A stretch of 64,000 nucleotides of DNA from Vitrella brassicaformis CCMP3155 (Eukaryota; Protista; Chromerida): contig CDMY01000251.1 of assembly GCA_001179505.1 (NCBI GenBank), positions 84,333 to 148,332 on the forward strand, read 5' to 3'. A program made the position numbers and the translations under genes. Of the stretch, positions 14,014-26,808 are shown in pieces. Positions within the stretch are counted from its first letter, which is position 1, and every line of letters begins with the position of its first letter. The notes under the pieces were generated by a model. The model had not been told where the DNA came from and searched no databases. It worked only from the letters and a program-made list of their open reading frames with translations.

Positions 14014-16462
14014 ATGAAGCATCTGTTGGCTCTGACGGCGCTTTCCTGCCTCTCGGGTAAGCAGGCAGAGCAGACACTCCTACGTGCGACTCACCACTCA
14101 AGTGACTGCGGGCTCTTGTTGTGAAGCAGGCATCCACGGCGCTCTCGTCAAGACGGGCTGTTATGACGTCGGATATGAGTACGGCCCTGAGGGCTTCGGC
14201 CCCGTGTACAGCACGACGCTGCAGGAAGTCCCGATGGACGGCACGGCCAGCGACCCGGCCATGCCCTGGCTGGCCTGCGAGGACATGTGTGAGCAGACTG
14301 ACGGATGCAACTACTTCACGTGGGAGGCAGGCAAGTGCCACAAGGTGGGTAGATGGGTGGGCTGAAACGCACGGAGGCACGGACCAGAAGATGCTATTGA
14401 TTGAGCGTGTGGTGTGTGATGTGAAGATCAAGGAGGAAAGGGACAAGATGTGGGCGCCAAACGAGGTGTGAGGGCGGGAAAGGGAAATCAGCAACGCACC
14501 GCACCGCACCGCATGAACCAAGCCGACCCCTCCCTCCTCCCTGTGTGTGTGCGTATGTGCGCTTCTCTCTCCCTCCCTCAGGTCTACGTGACTGAAGCTG
14601 CAGATGAGGCCGAGTGCGTCCAGTCGTGCGCCGAGGACCCCGAGTGCAACATCGGGCATCGCTTTGAGCCCCCCATCTGCAAGCTCAAGACCTCCCTCGT
14701 CCCCGTGAAGCAGCTCAAGGCCTGGTACACACTCGTTTCCGGCCCTGCGCCCTGCCCCGGCCTCAACCGCACCGAGCTGGTGGAGCTGGGCAAGACCTCC
14801 GTCGGCACGGGAGGCTGTGCCCTCAACTATGAAAGGAGCGGCGACATGTGCTATCGGATCGCCTATGACGACAGGAAGACGCAGCCCGATGCGGCTACCG
14901 AGTGCGCAAAGGTCGAGAACGGCTCCCTGGCCATGCCCAAGACACGGGTGCGGTGCGCGAGGGAGAAAGGGAGCGATCGAATGATGAGAGAGACCTTCCT
15001 TAAGGCTTTTGTTTACTGTCCCTTGCTTGTGTGGTGTGTGGGCTGCTCTGCTGCAATCGTCCAGGAGCTGGGTTTGAACATCCTGGCTCTGTTTTGCCCG
15101 AAGGTTCCCGAGGGCGTGGGCATTGGGCCTGTGATTGAGAAGCCCACAGAGGTGGGCTCCAGCACCTTCGAGTGTGTGGTGCCGCGGGGAGACAACCTGG
15201 ATGGACCCTACTACATGGGCCTGGTCTCAGAGCAGGTGAGATGCACACCACACGGACGTGCCTCGTGGCCGGCTGGCTGCTTAATGCCTTTTCTCGCTCT
15301 CTTTCTGTCTGTCTGTCTGTCTGTGATCAGATTGGGTCTGGTTTGAATGTGTCGATTGGTGCGTGGTCTTGGGTGGACGGTGAGCCGTTGGGCGAGTGGT
15401 CAGCATGGGGCGGCCAGGGGGAGAACACGCCCCTCCTCTACGGCGACTTCCCCACCATCCAACCCGACAACACTTCGGGCAAGCAGCTCTGCACCTACTT
15501 TTACGTCAGTCACCACAGCACAGCACAGCACAGCACAACCACACGACAATCCCAACACGCACACCGCCCTCCCCTCTGTCTCCCCCCTGTCTGTCTCTGC
15601 CTGTCTCTTCCAGCCGCGGAATTCGCCCGAGTTTGGAGGGTCGCCCAATGGCGGATGGGGCGATGAAGACTGTCTGCACAAGTGCCTCTTCCCTGCCCAA
15701 GACATGAACCGCACCTCCCAGTCCACATGCTGGACGCAAGGAGAGGGCGGCTATTTTGACGTCTCGGACGTGGATGCGGACCCATCAGGCCAGCTAGGCG
15801 GCCTGGTCACCGCCGCTGAATGGGACGAGGGCATCAATGTGGGCAAGATCACCGACACGCCGCGGCACTACATCTGCGAGGCACCCATTGGCATGGAGGG
15901 CGTCGCTCTCGGTGAGGCGAGGCCATGCACCAGTGTGGCCCTTCCTGTCCTTGCTCATGCGTGCCTGTTGTCTGTCTGTCTGTCTGTCTGTCTCTCTGTA
16001 TGTGTGGGGTCTGTGTGTCTGTGTGTGCATAGATGACTGTGTGGATGACCCCGACAAGGTCAGCCCCGGCATGTGCGGCTGCGGGGTCAAGGACATCGAT
16101 TCGGACCTGGACGGTCTCATGGACTGCCTCGGTCGGTCGGCACCCACATACACACGCACACACCGACACACACACACACACACACACACTTACGACACAC
16201 TCACTCCCTCTCTCTTGTGCTTGTGCGTGCCGTCTCAGATTCAGCCCCCGATGACGCCACCATCCGCTCTGCGAACGAGACCGTCGCCGCGCAGATCACC
16301 AACATGCTTCAGAACAGTAGCATGGCCGCCACGCCCGACGATGTCTCGGCAAGCGTGCCGCCCGAGGAAACGGTGGCTGAGCCAAAGGGGGCCGTTATGT
16401 GGACGGTGGCTGAGGAAGACCTGACGGCGGCAGACGCGCTCAAACGTCTGAGGCGCGCCTAG
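14014..16462 (+). CDS. Secreted PAN/Apple + C-type lectin domain protein with a TSP3-like calcium-binding motif, multi-exon
   Basis: Signal peptide MKHLLALTALSCLS. PAN-like CEDMCEQTDGCNYFTWEAGKC and CVQSCAEDPEC. CTL-like CYRIAYDDRKTQPDAATECAK...WSWVDGEP...QPDN...WGDEDC...YICE. DDCVDDPDKVSPGMCGCGVKDIDSDLDGLMDC. Stop TAG at 16462. Confidence 0.75.
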
Positions 16463-17284
16463 GAGAGTGCTGGGTGGACGAGGTTTTGGTGTGTGCTGTC
16501 GTCGTCGCGTGGTGTGGGTAATTGGATGGTCATGAATGAATGAATGGATGGATCTGATTGATCGATCGCAAGTGTTGGTTTTCTCGGTATGCATGCATGT
16601 GCAGCCAGCCAGCCAGCCAGCAAGTTTCTCCCCATTCAATCAATGACAAACACGTGGGTGGGTGCATGTGTGGTGTGCGTGACTACACATTGAATGCATT
16701 GATTGAGTGGGGCGGGGCCTCCCTCCGTATGTCTGTATTTTGCAAGAGAATGGAGTCAGGTATCCATACCCTCACCATGATGCCTGTTTTTCCAGAAGGG
16801 ACGGACGAGAGGCTCACGAATGGCCTCCCCTCCCCCCTGTGTGTGTGTATTCCGGCAGGAAGTGACACCAGGCAGGAAGTGACGCCAATCTCATGTTTAG
16901 TTGTTGTTGTGTGTAGGTAAGAGGGTGGGTGGGCATGGGTACACACAATGGCAAACAGTGTTTGACATCATTTATTTTGTGGTCGTGCTAGTCCGTGCGT
17001 GTCATTTCAAGCTCTGTGTGCACCGCACCGCACCAGTCAGTCAGTCTGCTGTCTATCGTCCACATCCACATGATTGAATGTAAACACCATCTAATGTCAT
17101 GAATGGTGTCTCTGTGTCCGTCCATCCATCCATCCATCCATCTGTCGGTCTGTTTTCCAACGCTCTCTGCGTAGCTATGGTATCTACACACATCACATAC
17201 AGCAATCACAAACAGCAACCAGCAATCGTCCAGTCACCCCGCCCAATCCACCAATTCACCAAAACCTCCAGCCCCCTTCCCTTC

Positions 17285-18748
17285 TCAGGCGTCATCGAAG
17301 TGCAGCGGTATCGGTTTGGTCCTGTCGAGGGGCACGTCGATGACGAACGGGGGCCAGATCGGCCTGTACATGAGATCAACAGAGGCCGCGTTGACATACA
17401 CCTACCCACGGGCACACCAGACAGACAGACGACAGACAGGCAGGCAGGCAGGCAGGCAGGCAAGACAGGTGCGTTCGTGGCGTGCATCGGCCGGCGTGCG
17501 TGTGTGAATGGGGCAGCTTGGCTTACGGTTGTGCCGTCGAAGGCGACTCCCCTGCCTTCGTGGATATGGCCGTATATGTTGAGCCTGTAGCCACAGAGAA
17601 AAGACAGCCGAATGAGCGCGATTGCCGTCTTCTTTTTCTTCTCTCTGTACATGCTGTGCTTGCCTTGCCTTGGTTTGATCCTCCCTTGGATCTCCCGCTT
17701 GAGATCTGCACAGCCGGCATGGACACGCGACTTGGTGAAGTCAAGGATTTGGTATGAAGGGCCGTGTGTGATCAACACGTCGACGTCATCCGGAATCTGC
17801 ACCGCACCGCACCGCACCCGGCAAGCAGCCAACAAACCACACGCACGGACGACAACGGATGACGATAAAACACCACACCCCCTCCCTTCATCACTTTACC
17901 ACTCACCAGCTGCCACTTCTCAGATATCTCCTCCCCCCTGTCGAGGTTGAAGCCCCAGTCAAAGAATGTCGGGGTCCATGGGGAGCCCCATAAAGTGAGG
18001 CCTTTGACCGTGGTGCCCGAGTCCTCCAGGTAGGTGCAGTGCTGCAGCGATGCACGGACCGCCTCGCAGTCGTGTTGCACGTCGTGGAAACGACTGATAC
18101 ACACGAGAGCGACACACAGGGAGTGGGAGGGAGGGAGGGATCATGTGTGTGTCTGTGGAACAAGGATAGGTCGCTCACCGCCACAGACGGGGATAGTATT
18201 TGGTGTCGAATGTGAGGTCGTGGTTGCCCGCTATGACCACCTTATGCTCGTAGGGCTGACCAGCCAGCCAGTTGCTCAGCTCCTTGATGGCATCGGGCTC
18301 ACCATCCATCTGGACAGACAGACAGACAGACAGAGACCACAACAGAGCAAGTGAACCTGCACACAATCGTTCCCAAGACGTTGATTGATTCGTGTCCCAA
18401 TTGTCGTGTCCCCCGTGCTGACCGTCCAATCGCCGGCGTGAATCAGCACATCCCCCAAGGGGAGAGGTGTGGTGTCGTCGGCTCCCTCTGGCGATTTGGT
18501 GGTGGTGATGCTGCCATGCTGGCTGTGTGTGTCCGAAATGCACACCAGACGGACGTACCTAAGACCAGCATACAAGAAACACACGGTGCACGTCGGTGGC
18601 GTGGAGTCGTCTGCACTGCGCTGCGCTGTGTGGTGTGTGCCCACCCCGGCAAGCTTCTGTTCCTCTCAACCCACTCTTTGTCGTTGTCGGGGTCAACAAA
18701 GCGGCAGCTGGCCGACGGGCAGACACGAACGGGCTGTCTGCTGCCCAT
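17285..18748 (-). CDS. Calcineurin-like metallophosphoesterase (MPPED1/2-like), multi-exon
   Basis: All metallophosphoesterase motifs are present: VCISDTH, LIHAGDW, VIAGNHD, LITHGP, GHIHE, plus YLEDSGTTVKGLTLWGSPWTP and a VNAA terminal motif. The start codon is uncertain. Confidence 0.9.
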
Positions 18749-18926
18749 GGATGGGCGACGAGGGAACGGAGATCTGTGCAGGAACAAGGCTGCTGCTGTG
18801 AGAGGAACCAGCCTCAGCTGTCGCATGCACCACGCGGAGGAAGTTTGCCGCACATCAAATGCGAGCTTGGCAGCGACAGAGATCTGGCTGCGGGGGTAGC
18901 GTCTATCCCGGCGTCTTGCGTCTTGG

Positions 18927-19851
18927 ATGCGTCACAAAACCGGATGGCGTCAGGCGTTTGTGCTGCTGCAGCTGAGCCTCATCACCTTCTGCATCTTCGT
19001 CGGCGACGCTGCCGCTGCTGGGCCTGCGCGCGAGCTCTTCATCTCCCGCCATGCCTGGCCTGGTGTGCATTCAGCCATCCGCCGTCGGCTACGAGCGCGG
19101 CGATGGACGTTCATCAGGATGACTGGAGAATCTGATGAGATGGAAGGCGAGGAGTCACGGGAGCAGATCCCTTCTGACCTGGTGATGCGACGCAGCGAGC
19201 AGTGGGGATGCGTGAGGTATAAGAACACGATAGATACATGAAAGACGCAACGATCGATGTACGCGGTTGATTGGTTCGTCTGTCTGTGCGGTCTGGTCTC
19301 CCTGCATATATGTGATGGATGTGCCCTGCAGGAACTGTGGCGCATGTTGCCGCTTGGCTGACTGGCTGCCGAACGTGGATGAGATCTTCCTCTACGGGAA
19401 GGACAAGGCGCTTTTCCTCTCAATGATCCGCCCCGAAGACGGCTACTGCAGACACTTCGATCAGGACACGCGCTCCTGCACCATCTATCACGACAGGCCT
19501 TGGTTCTGTCGCGTCGAGGCCGACATCTTCGGCCATCTCTACGGTATGGCCGTGGACGAGATGGACGAGTTCTGCCGCGAGTGCTGCCGAGACCAGATCC
19601 GCAAGGTGTTTGGCGCCGACAGCACGGTGAGGAGGGAGTTCGATGAGCTGCAGGAGCGGCTGGAGCAGGAGATGATCGACGAGCGGCAGCCTCGAATCGT
19701 GCCGAGGCACGCTGTTGAGATGGGGGAGAGGGAGGGGATTGTGTGGTGGGAGAAGCAGCCGCCTGCTCTTCCCGAGAGGCTGAGGCTGTGGCGGACGACG
19801 GACGGATGGATCCCCTACCAGGACTATTTTGATAGACAGATAGAGAGATAG
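18927..19851 (+). CDS. YkgJ-family (CxxCxxCC) putative Fe-S/Zn cluster protein with a bipartite leader; two exons
   Basis: The spliced product reads WGCVRNCGACC...DGYCRHFDQDTRSCTIYHDRPWFCRVE...CRECC. N-terminal hydrophobic FVLLQLSLITFCIFVGDAAA is followed by an Arg-rich segment. Confidence 0.85.
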
Positions 19852-20159
19852 AGAGATAGGGAGGAGAGGGGACAGGTCAGATCAGACGAGGGGACTTTTC
19901 TAGTTGGTCACGTTCTTCCAGCTTGTCTCGGTGTGTCGTCTGGAGGTGTTAGTCGATGAAGAGTGAGGCCTTGCGTATCACCGCATCCAGTGGTGATGCA
20001 TGAGTCCGGTTCATTGTCGACTGCAACACTTCCCGGCGGGCACGGGTGGATACATATAGCATCGGGCTGCTCGCCCCGTGTAAGCCACAATTGCAAGTTT
20101 ACGACTGGCAAGAATCGGGAGGTCCCTTTTACACACGTTTCAGCCCGCCAGACAACGGC

Positions 20160-22599
20160 ATGACGAGTGGTGGTGGTGGTGAGGAGGATGACGCCTCTCT
20201 GCTGTGGATCTCTCATCGCACGCACGTCGAGGCTCTGGCCAAGGACCTCGCCGCGGCCCGAGAGAAGCTTCAGAAGGCCAAGGAGGAAACGCGAAAGCTG
20301 CTGGCCGAGAGCGCAAAGCTCAAGCTCGAAGCCGCAGCCGCCAACGAGCGCATCGAGGCGCGAGAGCGGTCCATCCACGACGAGAAGGCGCAGGTGGCCA
20401 GCGAGCACGAGAGGCGGCTGCGGGAGAAACAGGATCAGCTGACAGAGATGGAACGGTGCCTCGAGAAGGCCATGCAGCAGCGGAAGGAGTCGCAGGAGGC
20501 CCTCTTGCAGCAGAGGTACAGTACTCACTGACGCAGAGGATGGATGTAAGTACTAACCGTCGGGATGTGATGTGTGTGCCACATTTTGTTTTGCTTTGCA
20601 GTGTTCGTGTGTTTGAGATTGAGCAGCAGCTGGAGGACTGCAAATCTCGCGAGGCGAGCAGCTCCAACGCTCACCAGGCCCTCTGCAACAGCGTCGAGCA
20701 GAGATACAATTCACTCAAGGCCACTGTGGTCAGTCAGATGAGGGGCGAGGGGGCGGAATTCAATGATGCTATACCTGAGCCTGTGTGGTGTGTTCGGTGC
20801 ATATGGTCGGTTCGGTCGTGTAGGATGAGACGAGGGTGTTGTTGGACGACAGTGCGCAGGAGAAGGCTAAGTTAGAGGAGTACCAGCAGAGGCTGCAGGA
20901 GAGTGTCACCGCACTATCTACCAAACTCAAGGTGTGTCTCCTCATGTGCACCACGAAGACAGCCAGGGGGTGCGCACCGCACTTGAATGGCTGTGTGTGT
21001 GTTTGTGGCCGTCTGTTTGTCAGGAGAAGGATTCGTTCATCGTGGAGATGGCCCAGCGCGAGAAGGACGTGTCGAGCCAGCGCAACGCAGCCCTGCTGAA
21101 ACTACAAGGTCACAATAGGACGTGTTGAAGGACACAATGCGAGGTGACGTGTGGTGTTCAGAGGCGGAGAGTACCATCGCATCTCTGCGCTCGGACGTCG
21201 AAACCTCTAAGCAGAACAACGAATCCACCAAAGGTAGGTACCCCAAACGCACCGACACCCATGCGGCATCCCTCCCGCTCTTCCCTCTGTGTGCTCATGT
21301 CATGTGTCCACCCACCCACTTCATGGGTCTCATTCATGTTTATGTGTGTGTGTGTGTGTGTGTGTGTATGCAGAGCGAGCAGCCCACTACTCGCAGCAGT
21401 ACAACGCAACCCTGGCCAAGCTCGACAGCCAGCGCAAGTACATCGACAGCCTACAGAGAACATGCCAGGAGCAGAACCAGCAGGTTGGTTGGGAGCACCA
21501 AGGAAAAGACGACTGCACCACGCCCATGATATAATGTCTCGATGTCTCGTGGTGTTTGTCATCCATTCATCCATCAGATCAGTAAGTTGTCCGAGACCGT
21601 GCGGCAGCACCCAGAGTACTCTGGCGGTGACCCGCTGCCGCCCTGCCCTGCCATGCTGGACGCAGCCACATCGACAGACCACCGTGCGGCACATGGGACC
21701 AAGTCCATCCAGGCCCACATCCTGCCGGCGTCAAGTGAGGCGTCGGTGCAGGCCGACGTCACCAGCCCCATCGCCATCGCACAGCTACAGCAAGAGGATG
21801 GTGATCAGTATGACCATGACAACGCCCACAGCCACCGCGACCACGAGATGATGCCGCCTCCCTCACCCCGCCACGCGCCAGCCTCGCCCCGCTCCCTCGT
21901 CCCATACGGATATGCATCGCCCAAGCCCCTCCCGTCGCTCAACAATAAGTACCAGCATCGCAGCCCCTCTGCCAGTGGTGTGTGTCGTGTGATGGGGCCG
22001 CCACCCGCCCTGCCGCCATTCCCCTCTCCCTCTCCATCAGCGCCAGCAGCTGCTGGTGTTGACGGTTGGAAGGGCTCAGTGGGTCACTCGCCGTTACATT
22101 GTTTGTCGCAGCCTCAGTCGCAGCGAAGTGTGCGGCAGAGTGGCTGTGGTGGTGGGGGAGGGTCTGTCAAGCGGAAGGTGGTTGACATTGAGTTGTCGCC
22201 CCACGACCATGGCGAGGGGCGCAGCAGACAGCGGATGCGGGCGTCTCTATCGCCTGGTGAGTTAGTGAGAGAAGGCGAGACACAGACACATCACAATGGA
22301 ACAGACGGATGGATGGATGGATCTGGGTGTGGGGTATCTCTGTGCTCTGTGTGTGTTAGCAGCGGAGGGATGTGGTGGCGGTGGTGGTGGTGGCACGGGT
22401 GTGGGAGACGATGGGCGCCTGGTCAGGGAGGAGGAGAGCATGCCCCCTCCCCGCACAATCAACGACATCTTCGGATCGTTCCTCTCATCACAGGTGCGTG
22501 CGTGTGAGGGTGACCCAGCAGACGAACGAACCAGCATACACGCACACCTGGTCTGTGTGTGTGAATGCCCATGCATCCATGCAGGCGGGCTACTCGTGA
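20160..22599 (+). CDS. Uncharacterised long coiled-coil protein with a Pro/Ser/Gly-rich C-terminus, multi-exon
   Basis: A series of GT-AG exons with heptad-rich E/K/Q/A sequence (EALAKDLAAAREKLQKAKEETRKLL..., LEEYQQRLQESV..., LDSQRKYIDSLQRTCQEQNQQ), then a low-complexity exon. Both ends are inferred. Confidence 0.6.
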
Positions 22600-23439
22600 G
22601 AGGGTGAGTGAGCTTGTTCGCGGCCGCAGAAGGAGAACTGATGCGTGCGCTTGTGGATGTCGTGTGAGTGAGAGTATGGAACAATCGCTACTCTATTGTC
22701 GAAGTCATCAGTGGTACCAGCGCACCGGCCGGCCAATCACTGCATGGTTTTGAGACGTGTGTCCATCCGTCTGGGTGTTCATCGCCCGCCCGCCCGCCGG
22801 TCGCATGGGGAGTAATAAAACGCAACGCGACACATACGCACATTTGTCGACGTCATGCAGTGGGTGAGTGTGGGTGTGTGGGTGTGGGTGTTCGGGTGAG
22901 TGACTAACAAATACAGACGACGACGCAACCCGCACAGAGACCAACTCATGCTCACCACATGCACGAGACGACACAACGTGCTGTCCTCTGCTCTGTGTGG
23001 TAAGAAAAACTCTGCGGCAGACCGACATGTTCATGGCGAATTACAGAGTAACCCCACCCCTTTCGGCTGGCTGCGGTTCGTCTGTCGGCCAGCCCGATAG
23101 GTCACGTTCGCATCCTCATCCATCGAACCGGTGACCCACTCGAACCCGATACCCAAACCGCAGAGGAAGCCGATATGTGTAACAGAATGAATGATACACG
23201 CAGACGCACATGTACACATACGCACATCGATTCCATTCGCTTGCCCTCCTTCCTGTGGTATCACGCGCCGACCCCACCGGATGGGAGGCTCCATGTCATT
23301 GGATGGACAGGAGCTTACCGGCCGCAGGGCTGGCACAACGACGCCGCAAGGGACAGGCATCAACCAACAGCATCGTGTATACACATCACCATAACCACCA
23401 GCAGCAGACAGCCCGGGCAAAAATCATGATGCCATCCCA

Positions 23440-24720
23440 CCCCGACACGTAGCACACACGCACAGAGAGACAGAATCCTTCCCAGTCCTTCCTTCGCGAC
23501 AATCGGATGACCCACGCTCGGACGCAACACACATCCGATGGTCGTCGTTGCGGGTGGGGTGGGTGTCAGGGAAGTCAGTCACTTGCAGAGACCGACCGAC
23601 ATGCACATATACAGAACGCACTCACATGTGTACGCAAGTGACCAGCGCATACACGCATACACACACAGGAGTGAAGGTAGCCAGGAGCGGAGGGGGAGGG
23701 GGAGGAATAGGGGGAGGGGGAGGGGACGAGCCCTTCGGGCTTCCCAAAAACGGCCAGCCGACCAAGTCAGTCAGTCAGTCTTGAAAATAATGATGGATGG
23801 ATGGATGGACGCATGAATGGATGATACATGTGCTTATGTATGTACGTATGTATGTGTGTGGGCCCACATCATTAGAGTACATAAGTGACCGGACCGGACC
23901 GGGCCGCGAAGAGAGTCAGTCAAAAAAGACCACACCACCGACCGTTGATCGATCGATCGATAAGTAACGATCGAACGGACAAGTGCACATCATAAGCGAT
24001 AATTAATAGCCACAGGCCGTTCCGTTGACGATGCATCATTTCCTCACCTGGGGGGGCTGTGGTCTGGGGATGCTTGGTGAGAAAAGACCAATACAGACAC
24101 ACGGGCACAGATGCCCCTCCCCAAAGTGTAGTGTGCAGAAAAGTAACCATAAGCAGTAGGCAGGTCGCGAAAAATGGCAAGGAAAAGTGGCTTGCTTGGC
24201 TTTGGCGGGCACCGAAAAATCAGGTGCCCTTTCTGTGTCAGTCAATCAATGTACACGCACCACCACCACCACAACATACAGCTACACATCCATGTATACA
24301 TGCATACACACACGCACGCACGCACCATCATGTCATGTCATGCACCACGCACCGCCACGCACCAGGCACACACCGGCATGAGTCGGCAAAACTGACACTG
24401 TCGAATCCTTTCCTCTCCTCACACACACACACACACACACACACAGCCAGCAAGACGGACATCCACCCGATCAGCCAGCCAGGCAGCCAGCCAGCCAGGC
24501 AGCCAGCCAGCCAGCCAGCCAGCCAGGAAGGCAGCCACACGGATGCCTGTCTCCCCTTTGGGACGTCAGGCCAGGACGCACCATCAGACACACAACACAC
24601 GGACAGACACCGACAGCCAGGCCACACTGAGTGAACAACAACACACACATCCATCCACCCATCACATGTACATGAAGATGTATGTATGCCTGTGTGGTTC
24701 CCTCTGTTGATACAGACAGA
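23440..24720. repeat. Microsatellite-rich non-coding region ((CA)n, (GCCA)n, (GGAT)n, (GTCA)n)
   Basis: Repeated cagccagccagc, acacacac and ggatggat tracts with no supportable coding exon. Confidence 0.7.
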
Positions 24721-24894
24721 TAGAGTAGGGTAGGGCGGGGTGTGGGTGGAGATCAGCGCAGTGGGGGTGTCCAGTGCCCAAGGCTCCCTCCTCTCACAAA
24801 AGACCGACTCCCATGAGCAGGGCATCGATCGCTCCAAAATCTCTCTCGCTGCTCACCTCACTGGCCCGACTCTCTATCTATCGCTCTGTCTCTC

Positions 24895-26808
24895 TCATTG
24901 CTCGCTGCTTCTGAAGGCCTTGAGCTTCCCGTGCAGGAATCCCCTGTTCTGCTTGCTTGGCATCTTGGCCGCCACGCCGTCCACAGAGTTGTCTGTGCTC
25001 ATCGGCGACTGCTCATCCTGCACGCCAAATCGCGCCACGTCCATCACCGACACCGGGCTTTGCGGCTCCGCCTCCACCGGCGTAGCGGCGGCGCGCTTGT
25101 TGGCGTCCATCCTGGCGATCATCTCGGCCACGTAGGACGGGCCCGGCGATCGCGAGCGGATCTTGCGGCCGCCGGCTGCCTTCTTGGGGCTGACCTTGAC
25201 GCCCTGGGGGGTCACCACCGTGACGGACGGCGCGGGGGAGTCCGGCAGGGCGACACCTGACACACCACACCACACAACAGACCGACCGATGCACCAGTCA
25301 GTGTGTCTGTGTGTGTCTGTGTGCCCTTCCTTTCGCGTGTCGTGTGTGTCTTGTTTGTCAGTCACCCACCGGGGAAAGCGACGTTGCCGCGCCTCTCCCT
25401 GTCCTGCACGGCCGCCTTGACCGTGGCGAACGGGGCTCTGGAAGGCGGCAGCTCAGGTGAGGTGTCGGGGCTGCTCTTGTTGGACGCCCCGTTGACCGGG
25501 GAGTTGTTATCGCTGCTCTGCGGCGAATTGTTGTCGGCGTCGCTCTCGATGCCGGGGCTGGAGGGGGCGGACTCCCACCCGTCGGTGCTCTCCTTGCCGT
25601 CCTTCTTGCACGACACGCGGGAGATGTCGGTGCAGGCGGTGGAGGGGATGTGGGTCAGCTGCATGCGCAGCGACGCCAGCTCCTGCTCAAGGGCATCGGC
25701 ACGGCTGCGCTCGGCCTTCAACTCGCCGTCCAGAATGGCATTCTGGCGAACAGCCGTCTGCACACATACACACATCGCAATGAAGCAGTGAGAGCATGGG
25801 GGGGGGGGGGGGGATNNNNNNNNNNNNNNNNNNNNNNNNNNNNNNNNNNNNNNNNNNNNNNNNNNNNNNNNNNNNNNNNNNNNNNNNNNNNNNNNNNNNN
25901 NNNNNNNNNNNNNNNNNNNNNNNNNNNNNNNNNNNNNNNNNNNNNNNNNNNNNNNNNNNNNNNNNNNNNNNNNNNNNNNNNNNNNNNNNNNNNNNNNNNN
26001 NNNNNNNNNNNNNNNNNNNNNNNNNNNNNNNNNNNNNNNNNNNNNNNNNNNNNNNNNNNNNNNNNNNNNNNNNNNNNNNNNNNNNNNNNNNNNNNNNNNN
26101 NNNNNNNNNNNNNNNGGGGGGGGGGGGGAATCCGCGTGTGTGTAGTGTGTGTGTTGTGCACCCACGTACCTTGATCTCTGTCTGGGGCGAGGCGATCAGC
26201 GCCCTGTCCTCGGCACTCTCCTTGCGCCCCACCACCACATGCGCGTCAGCAGCCTCCTTCCTCACATTATCCTGGTTCTGCTGCCCACCGGAGGCCACCG
26301 CCCCCGCCGTTCCGCCATGTCTGTCGGTCCGGCCAAACACCCCCTCCCTCGCAGACATATCCGTGCACCACTCCACGGCCGCCTGGCGGGCCTCCATGAT
26401 GGCGCCCCGACCCATCCGCGTCGCCACGAACTCGCGCGTGCCCCGCTTCACGCAAGTGGCGGTCCAGGTGCGTGTGGCGCTGTCCCATGAGAGGCCTGGC
26501 ACCTTGGTGGTGCGGGGGAGCTTGTGGAGGTTGCAGGGGGGCAGCTCGGGGAGCGCCCTGCTCATGGGAGTGGGTCTGAGTGAGAAGTCTCTGGGGAGGT
26601 CCTCGAGGTCATGCTGAGGGTTGAGGGGGGCGGACGAGCAGCGGGTGAGACGGGACGGCATCCTGCTGGCTGCTGTGGCTGTGAGTGACTGCTGGTGACG
26701 GTCGGGGACACAGCTAGCTGAGGATCTGAAAGAGGGAGAGACGCCAGCATAGCATGCCACCGACAGCAAGTGATCTGGTTTGTCATGTGCCAGCCCTGGA
26801 GGCTGCAC
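24895..26808 (-). CDS. ApiAP2-like putative transcription factor (single AP2-like domain near 26368-26505) with a coiled coil and low-complexity tail; 5' end uncertain
   Basis: KVPGLSWDSATRTWTATCVKRGTREFVATRMGRGAIMEARQAAVEW fits the ApiAP2 pattern GV.(W/Y)D....W.A.......+.F.....G..EAR..A.EW. Downstream exons read through to a stop at 24895. One intron spans an assembly gap. Confidence 0.65.
25816..26115. other. Assembly gap (300 N) flanked by G runs, inside an intron of the AP2-like gene
   Basis: N run with a G homopolymer on each side. Confidence 0.99.

Noticed and set aside
23031-23420. 129-aa minus-strand ORF in the intergenic region
   Set aside because: It starts at a non-ATG codon, has no clear splice partners or motif, and is partly microsatellite-derived.
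25362-26174. ORFs spanning N gaps (also 30453-31176 and 58341-59325)
   Set aside because: Their length is an artefact of N codons translated as X.
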